Part shown: positions 58,988-64,000 of the stretch, piece by piece
How the letters are laid out: each line of letters starts with the position of its first letter
Numbering within the stretch: position 1 is the stretch's first letter
Sequence record: NZ_CP024587.1
Direction: 5' to 3' (one strand)
DNA: 64,000 nucleotides
Origin: a plasmid
The notes under the pieces: model-generated
Seen by the model: only the letters and a program-made list of their open reading frames with translations
Told to the model about the DNA's origin: nothing
The model's database searches: none
Translations under genes and position numbers: made by a program

Positions 58988-59272
58988 ATGCCCGCAAGCC
59001 TGCTCGCGTCCATCGCCCCGCCGCGCCCGCATGCGCTCACCACCATCATCTGGGATACCATCCACGAGGAGGGTTTCCAGGGCCTCTATGGCCGCTGCCA
59101 CCTCACGAGCTCCTACCATCCCTATCGTTTCGCCTCACGCGAGGCCGCTGGCCGCTTCGCCGCCGCGATGTGCGAACGCCTCGGCTACGACGGCTTCCGC
59201 CTGGACACGCCCGGCCACCGACCGCCGCCGTTCCCTGCGGTGATGTTCGACGACTGCGAAATCCCGTTCTGA
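58988..59272 (+). CDS. Hypothetical protein (94 aa)
   Basis: Start at the internal Met of ORF 58580-59272; C-terminus 'DDCEIPF'. Confidence 0.35.
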   Translation: MPASLLASIAPPRPHALTTIIWDTIHEEGFQGLYGRCHLTSSYHPYRFASREAAGRFAAAMCERLGYDGFRLDTPGHRPPPFPAVMFDDCEIPF

Positions 59273-59282
59273 GGAGCGTGGC

Positions 59283-59534
59283 ATGGGTTTCGTACTGATC
59301 TTCGACCCCGAGCCGCTGCTGAGCGCGCCGCAGTTCTTCGGCCCCTTCGCCTCCCAGTCAGCGGCCAAGCGGTATGCCGAGGCCACGGGGATGACCCTCG
59401 GTCGCGACTTCGACCAGGCCGCCGCCGAGGCGGACAGTCCGGAGGGGCACGGAACGACCGACTTCCCCTGCGCGGTGGCCGCCCTGCGGCCCGGCAATGC
59501 TGGCCCCCGGAACACCGTGGAGGAGCGGACCTGA
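59283..59534 (+). CDS. Hypothetical protein (83 aa)
   Basis: Tightly packed with its neighbours; its stop overlaps the next ATG. Confidence 0.3.
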   Translation: MGFVLIFDPEPLLSAPQFFGPFASQSAAKRYAEATGMTLGRDFDQAAAEADSPEGHGTTDFPCAVAALRPGNAGPRNTVEERT

Positions 59535-59923
59535 TGCTGCGCCAGTATCACGCCCCGCGCCGCCAGGGCGGCGACAACCCGCTCGGCGTCGGCACCATCG
59601 CCCTCGGCTCCGTCTTCTATCTCCAGGACGACGGCCACTGGCGCGCCCGCTTCCGCGGCGGCGCCAGCTGTCGCGCACCCTGGATCGTCGAGGCCTTCCT
59701 CAACGGGCAGTACCACGCCGCCCGCCGCGATCCCGCCACGGGCCACTGGCTCAGCATCTACGCCGCCAACCGCACCGACCTGGCCCTGGTGCGCTCCCTG
59801 CGCGACGGCCGCCGCCTCACCGTCGCGATCCGCCTCCTCCAGCTGCACGAGGACGAAGGCCTGGGGCTTCCGGACAACCGCTACCCGTCCTTGCCCCGGC
59901 CGCGTCAGCGCCCGGCGCACTGA
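59534..59923 (+). CDS. Hypothetical protein (129 aa)
   Basis: 'GTIALGSVFYLQDDGHWRARFRGGASCRAPWIVEAFLNGQYHAARRDPATGHWLSIY'. Confidence 0.35.
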   Translation: MLRQYHAPRRQGGDNPLGVGTIALGSVFYLQDDGHWRARFRGGASCRAPWIVEAFLNGQYHAARRDPATGHWLSIYAANRTDLALVRSLRDGRRLTVAIRLLQLHEDEGLGLPDNRYPSLPRPRQRPAH

Positions 59924-60198
59924 GGCCGCCCGCCCGGCCGAGGGGGGGTGGCCACGCCACCTTCCCTCCCCCCGACAGAAGGCCACCACCATGCCCGCGA
60001 CCTCGTCCCACGACCGGCACGCTCATGCCCTCACCATGGCCAGCAGCCTCGCTTCCGCCCGTCGCTGGCAAAGCGAGGCCTGCGCCCTGCGCGAGCACGC
60101 TGCCCTGCCTCGCCTCACCGCCGCCCAACGTGCGCAGCTACTCCGCGAGGCCGAGGCCGCCGACCGTCAGGCCCGCTTCTGGCTCGACGGCCCGCCCG

Positions 60199-60789
60199 TC
60201 ACCCCGCCGGGCGACCGGCGCGACTGAGCGACCCACGCGGGGACGGCGGCAGCCACCACTCGTCCCCCGCCGCGTCGCGCTCGGCCGCAGGCCGCCACGT
60301 CTCGCCCCGGCGCGCCATCGACACCACCGTCGCCGCCGCCGACGCCTCCAGCGACAGACCATAGGCTTCCAGCGCCAGACGAGCCGCCTCCGTGGCCATC
60401 TCGTCCGCCCGGCGCCGCAGCACCTCCAGCCCGGCATCGCCACGGCGCTGCGACAGATCCGCCACGCGAGCCTGCGCCGTCTCCGCCGCCGCCCATGCCT
60501 CGTCGGAGACCTCCCGCGCCGCTGTCGCCCGGCTGTCGTAGTCCAGCAGCAGCGACCGCAGCGCCGCATCCCGCCGGGCGCCCCGCTCCGGCGGCACGTT
60601 CGCCTCGACGAACCCCGCTACCGCCGCTTCCGCCCGCTCCCGCAGATCCGCCGCCGGCATGTCCAGCTGGAACGCCTCCGCGATCTGCAGCACGACCCGC
60701 ACGTCTGGCACCGCCTCGTGCGCTGCGGCCTCCCGCTCGGGCAGCACCCGCAGCAGCGGGAACCGCACCACCTTGCCAACCTCCGTCAT
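60199..60789 (-). CDS. Hypothetical protein (about 197 aa; start uncertain)
   Basis: Minus-strand ORF divergent from the 60942 gene across an AT-rich promoter region (60790-60940). Confidence 0.35.
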   Translation of the reverse strand: MTEVGKVVRFPLLRVLPEREAAAHEAVPDVRVVLQIAEAFQLDMPAADLRERAEAAVAGFVEANVPPERGARRDAALRSLLLDYDSRATAAREVSDEAWAAAETAQARVADLSQRRGDAGLEVLRRRADEMATEAARLALEAYGLSLEASAAATVVSMARRGETWRPAAERDAAGDEWWLPPSPRGSLSRAGRPAG

Positions 60790-60941
60790 CGCCGCCTCCT
60801 GGCCGGATGATTCCATGGGGCGGAACATAGCCGGGATTTTGCGGAGAAGCAAGTAAGTAATTGATATCACTACAATAAATTGGGGAGCCATGCCCCTTGC
60901 TCGCCCGCTCCGACCGTTCGTGTCACAAGGAACCCACGACC

Positions 60942-61922
60942 ATGGATCATCCGCAGCCCGACATCCTCGGCGAGCTGGCCGCCGCTTACGCGAACCGTCC
61001 GGCGTTGCCCGACTGGTCCAGCGCCTGGGCGGCCCAGGGCGCCGCGGCCGCTGCCTCGCCGATCGCCGAGGCCCTCGCCCCGATGCTCAGCCAGCCCGAC
61101 ACGCCCCATGAAAGGGGCAACGCCGTCATCGCGCTGCTCCGCCGCCTGCACGGCATTCTCCCCGGTCTCCCGCCGGTCAATGCTGGCCCCATCCATGACC
61201 TTTGGCCGCCCGATCTCCGCGGTCGTTTCGTCCTCGCCGACGAGCGCATGGTCCACCCCTGGAACCGGACCTGGCCCGCGGATGACGTCCTGCTGCTGGC
61301 CGAGGCCCTGGGTCGCGCCCAGCATCACCTTGGCGGCCGCGACGCCCTGGAAGCCGAGCTGATGCGTCTCGCCACCGGCCCCTGCGCCGAGGCCAGGCGC
61401 TCCGCTGAGGCTCATCGGATCGCCGCCGACGAGGGCCGGCGCCGCATCGAAAGCGTTCGCCGCTCGGCCGACGACACCCTGCTCCGCTATCTCCTGGCCG
61501 CCCTGACCCTGAACACCCTCCATCACGTCGACCAGGAGCGCTCCGACGAAGCCCGGCAGGCAGCCAGCCTCCGCTCCGAAGCCGGCATGTGGACCCTGGG
61601 GCCGCCCGACAGGGCCTACCTGAACACATGGGTGCGGCAGCTCTCCGATCTCCTCGCCGGACAGCCAGATCCATCAGGGATGCGCTACGCCGAGGAGTTC
61701 CTCCGCTGCGAAGCCTCCTATCACAGCACCGCTCTGCCGGAGGACGCCTCCCCAGCCGAGATCGTCGCCTGGCTCGTGCCGTTCCTGTACGCCGACGAGG
61801 CCATCGAGCTCTACCACCGCCTGGGCGCCGAGCCCTTCGAGGTGGACGCGACTGACGAAGCGGACGACGCGGACGACGCGGACGGGGACGACTGCCCCGA
61901 TGCCCCGCACTTCTCCCCGTGA
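60942..61922 (+). CDS. Hypothetical protein (326 aa) with acidic C-terminal tail
   Basis: 'MDHPQPDILGELAAAYANRPALPDW...'; C-terminus 'DATDEADDADDADGDDCPD'. Confidence 0.4.
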   Translation: MDHPQPDILGELAAAYANRPALPDWSSAWAAQGAAAAASPIAEALAPMLSQPDTPHERGNAVIALLRRLHGILPGLPPVNAGPIHDLWPPDLRGRFVLADERMVHPWNRTWPADDVLLLAEALGRAQHHLGGRDALEAELMRLATGPCAEARRSAEAHRIAADEGRRRIESVRRSADDTLLRYLLAALTLNTLHHVDQERSDEARQAASLRSEAGMWTLGPPDRAYLNTWVRQLSDLLAGQPDPSGMRYAEEFLRCEASYHSTALPEDASPAEIVAWLVPFLYADEAIELYHRLGAEPFEVDATDEADDADDADGDDCPDAPHFSP

Positions 61923-61934
61923 GCCCCGCCATGG

Positions 61935-62171
61935 ATGCAGCCGACCCACCATCCAAACCGGCCCCTGTCCAGCGTCCCGGCCAGCCAGCCCGATCCCGCT
62001 CGCGCCGGCCGCATCGTCGCCACCCCTGGCCTGCCCTTCGAGCACAACCGCGGCGTCTGCGGCCGCTGGGGCGCTCTGCGCCTCGCCTACGATCCCGCCA
62101 AGGGCAGCGACGGCACCTGGTTCTGCGAGGCACACGTCCCCGCCTCCTTCCACCGCTACCGTGGCGCCTGA
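61935..62171 (+). CDS. Small Cys/His-containing hypothetical protein
   Basis: 'HNRGVCGRWGALRLAY...TWFCEAHVP'. Weak. Confidence 0.25.
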   Translation: MQPTHHPNRPLSSVPASQPDPARAGRIVATPGLPFEHNRGVCGRWGALRLAYDPAKGSDGTWFCEAHVPASFHRYRGA

Positions 62172-62409
62172 GCCGTCTCGGCAAGACCGGCAGCAGAAAC
62201 AGGGCACGTCCCCGCAAGCGGGGACCGGGCTCTACTCGGCCGCTTCGCGACCTCCCCAAGCCCCCTTCGGGGTCTTGGCCCTTCGGGTGACGATCCCTCG
62301 CGCAGGCGCCTGACCCCGGTGTAAACAGCAGCGGCCGCAGAGCAGGCTGAGCCGTCTTTCCTCGCTGGCGATGGCTTCCGCAGCGCCCGTCACCCGTTCC
62401 GGCGCCCCG

Positions 62410-62673
62410 TGTGTGGATCAGCCTTTCCCTCGCCCCTCTCTCCGGGCGGTAGCAGGACCGGGCTCCGCCCTGGCACGCCGGCTTAGGGCGACGACCCCGC
62501 GCCGCTGGCATGGCGAGTATTCGCTTGGCATTGCAAGTATAGCCGAAATATTCATGCGTCTCGATTTGCCCCCGCCATGCCATCGTCTCGGGGCAGCCGC
62601 CCACGCCCGCGCACCAGGCCGGAACCCGGTCCTACTACCTGAGAGATGCGCGAGGGAAAGGCTGATCCACACA
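62410..62673. repeat. 23-bp perfect inverted repeats flanking a 218-bp non-coding segment
   Basis: TGTGTGGATCAGCCTTTCCCTCG (62410-62432) and its exact reverse complement (62651-62673). The internal segment is lower in GC. Followed by G7/C7 hairpin GCGCGCCCTCAACCCCCCCACAAGGGGGGGGCGTCGGACGCGC (about 62705-62747). Confidence 0.5.
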
Positions 62674-62969
62674 AACCTCCCGGCGCGCCTCCACTACCGT
62701 CCGTGCGCGCCCTCAACCCCCCCACAAGGGGGGGGCGTCGGACGCGCAACCTCCGGCGGGCAAAGGGCTCCGCCCTCTGCACTCCCGGCGCTCAGGAAAG
62801 TCTGATTATCTTCCTATTACTTGGGATGCCGCAGTTGATCGTTAGACTTTTACTGTGGACACCGGGCAGGATTACTTATATTCTTCTCTTGTTCCCGAGA
62901 GAGGGAACGGCCGGAAGGGCGGGCTGGAACCCCACCCCCCCGGCCTCACCAGAGACAGGAAATCGGATC

Positions 62970-63686
62970 ATGTCCCAGGCTCAGCAGAACATCGCTTCCG
63001 GCACCGTTTCCGACAAGGGCGAGGCTGACAACGCCATGGCCCAGGCCATCAAGGGCGCTACCCCCCGCAAGCCCGCTTCCAACAAGGGCAAGGGCAAGCA
63101 GCCCCAGCCCGCCAAGGACCAGGCCCGCGCGCCCGTTCGCGGCTCCATGGGCAGCCGCCAGACCATCACCCTTGCCACCGCCGCCGCCCAGGCGCCCACC
63201 GCCGACCAGATGGCCCGCATTTGCAGGATGTTCGGCACCGAAGCCGTGGACGTGGACGGCATCCATTCCGCGACCTCCGACAGCCTCATGCAGCAGGCGG
63301 AAGCCCTCCGGCCCAACCTCAGCGACAAGGCGATGGAGATGCACTTCCAGCGGATCGTCGGCGCCTATGTCGGCAGCGCCTATGGAGCCGCGCAGTTCTA
63401 CGACGCGAAGCGCCTCGTGGCCCGCGACATGGCCAGCAAGTTGAACGAGATGCGCGACGAGGACCGCGACGGCCCGAGCGGTTTCGAGAGCCGCTTGGAG
63501 CGTGCCCAGATGTTCGCCGCCGACATGGCCGCTCAGAGCTTCGCCACCCTGGCCGCCGCGGAAGGCGCGGTTGCTGCCTATGCCGAGATCACCGGCAACG
63601 AGTGGAAGCCTTACGTCGCCAACACCCCCGACACCCAGGCCGTCAGCCGTCAGGCCGCCACCCTCCGCGCTTCCGCTTTCGACTGA
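62970..63686 (+). CDS. Hypothetical protein (238 aa), Lys/Ala-rich N-terminus
   Basis: Start at the internal Met (MSQAQQNIASG) preceded by a low-GC promoter region. Upstream ORF residues look spurious. Confidence 0.4.
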   Translation: MSQAQQNIASGTVSDKGEADNAMAQAIKGATPRKPASNKGKGKQPQPAKDQARAPVRGSMGSRQTITLATAAAQAPTADQMARICRMFGTEAVDVDGIHSATSDSLMQQAEALRPNLSDKAMEMHFQRIVGAYVGSAYGAAQFYDAKRLVARDMASKLNEMRDEDRDGPSGFESRLERAQMFAADMAAQSFATLAAAEGAVAAYAEITGNEWKPYVANTPDTQAVSRQAATLRASAFD

Positions 63687-64000
63687 TCCCGCGATGGGCG
63701 GGGGCTTCGGCCTCCGCCCTGGCGGAACCCGCGGCCAGGGGGGCGCCGCCCTCCGGGCTTCGCCCCCCTGGACCCCCCAGGTTTCCCCAGGACCCACCGT
63801 TCCACACAAGACGCCCTGGCCGCCGGATCATGCGGACGGCGCTTCGCGCCGGACCATGCCTCATGGCGTCCCCTTCGGGGCCGCGCCAGACCAGACCTCA
63901 CCGCCCGGGGCCATGCCCCCTCCGGCGTGGCGGGGCCGCCCCTGCCGCAACGCCGCTTCGCGACGCCGCGTCCGGCGCAGCCCAGCCACGCCAGGGCGCA

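Overview
High-GC (about 65-70%) alphaproteobacterial-type DNA, consistent with an Acetobacteraceae/Rhizobiales-like plasmid or ICE; no rRNA, tRNA or CRISPR array found. Three parts. (1) 1-18.7 kb is an accessory mosaic. It holds a frameshifted transposase and an IS630 fragment, a small polysaccharide module (GT8, PAP2 phosphatase, undecaprenyl-phosphate sugar transferase, GH-A hydrolase), and an IS graveyard (IS4 truncated by a complete ISL3, an IS21 istA fragment, a second ISL3 fragment). A Tn402/Tn5053-like transposon end with a truncated TniA/Mu-like transposase is inserted into a tetR gene. On the minus strand, nucleoid-associated genes (HU, H-NS-like, ScpA-like) sit downstream of a translationally coupled vapB-vapC-tyrosine integrase operon, and there is a MazF-like TA pair. 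(2) 18.9-26.9 kb is a maintenance module. It has RepC-like replication initiator, LexA-box-controlled imuB-dnaE2 (no imuA; a 77-aa ORF is coupled instead), and parA plus a small RHH partner flanked by GGAAA/TTTCC-rich iteron-like repeats. (3) 28.4-63.7 kb looks like a conjugative leading region or anti-defence island. It contains about 40 mostly co-directional genes including DUF3991-Toprim, a UvrD-like helicase, a GHKL ATPase, a possible Mom-like modification enzyme, DUF4326, ArdC, a PAPS-reductase-like protein, a 1,690-aa methyltransferase-SNF2 helicase fusion, an orphan brnA antitoxin beside a brnT remnant, a ParB-like nuclease-domain protein, an orphan C5-cytosine methyltransferase and SSB, with an IS5-family element splitting one gene. 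The most unusual signal is a conserved GC-rich stem-loop (GCAAGGG-N31-34-CCCTTGC) recurring at least nine times about 60-110 bp upstream of leading-region genes. It is often followed by a second hairpin sequestering the Shine-Dalgarno sequence. It is a candidate family of single-strand (Frpo-like) promoters or a shared operator. Coordinates derived by hand may be off by 1-2 nt.
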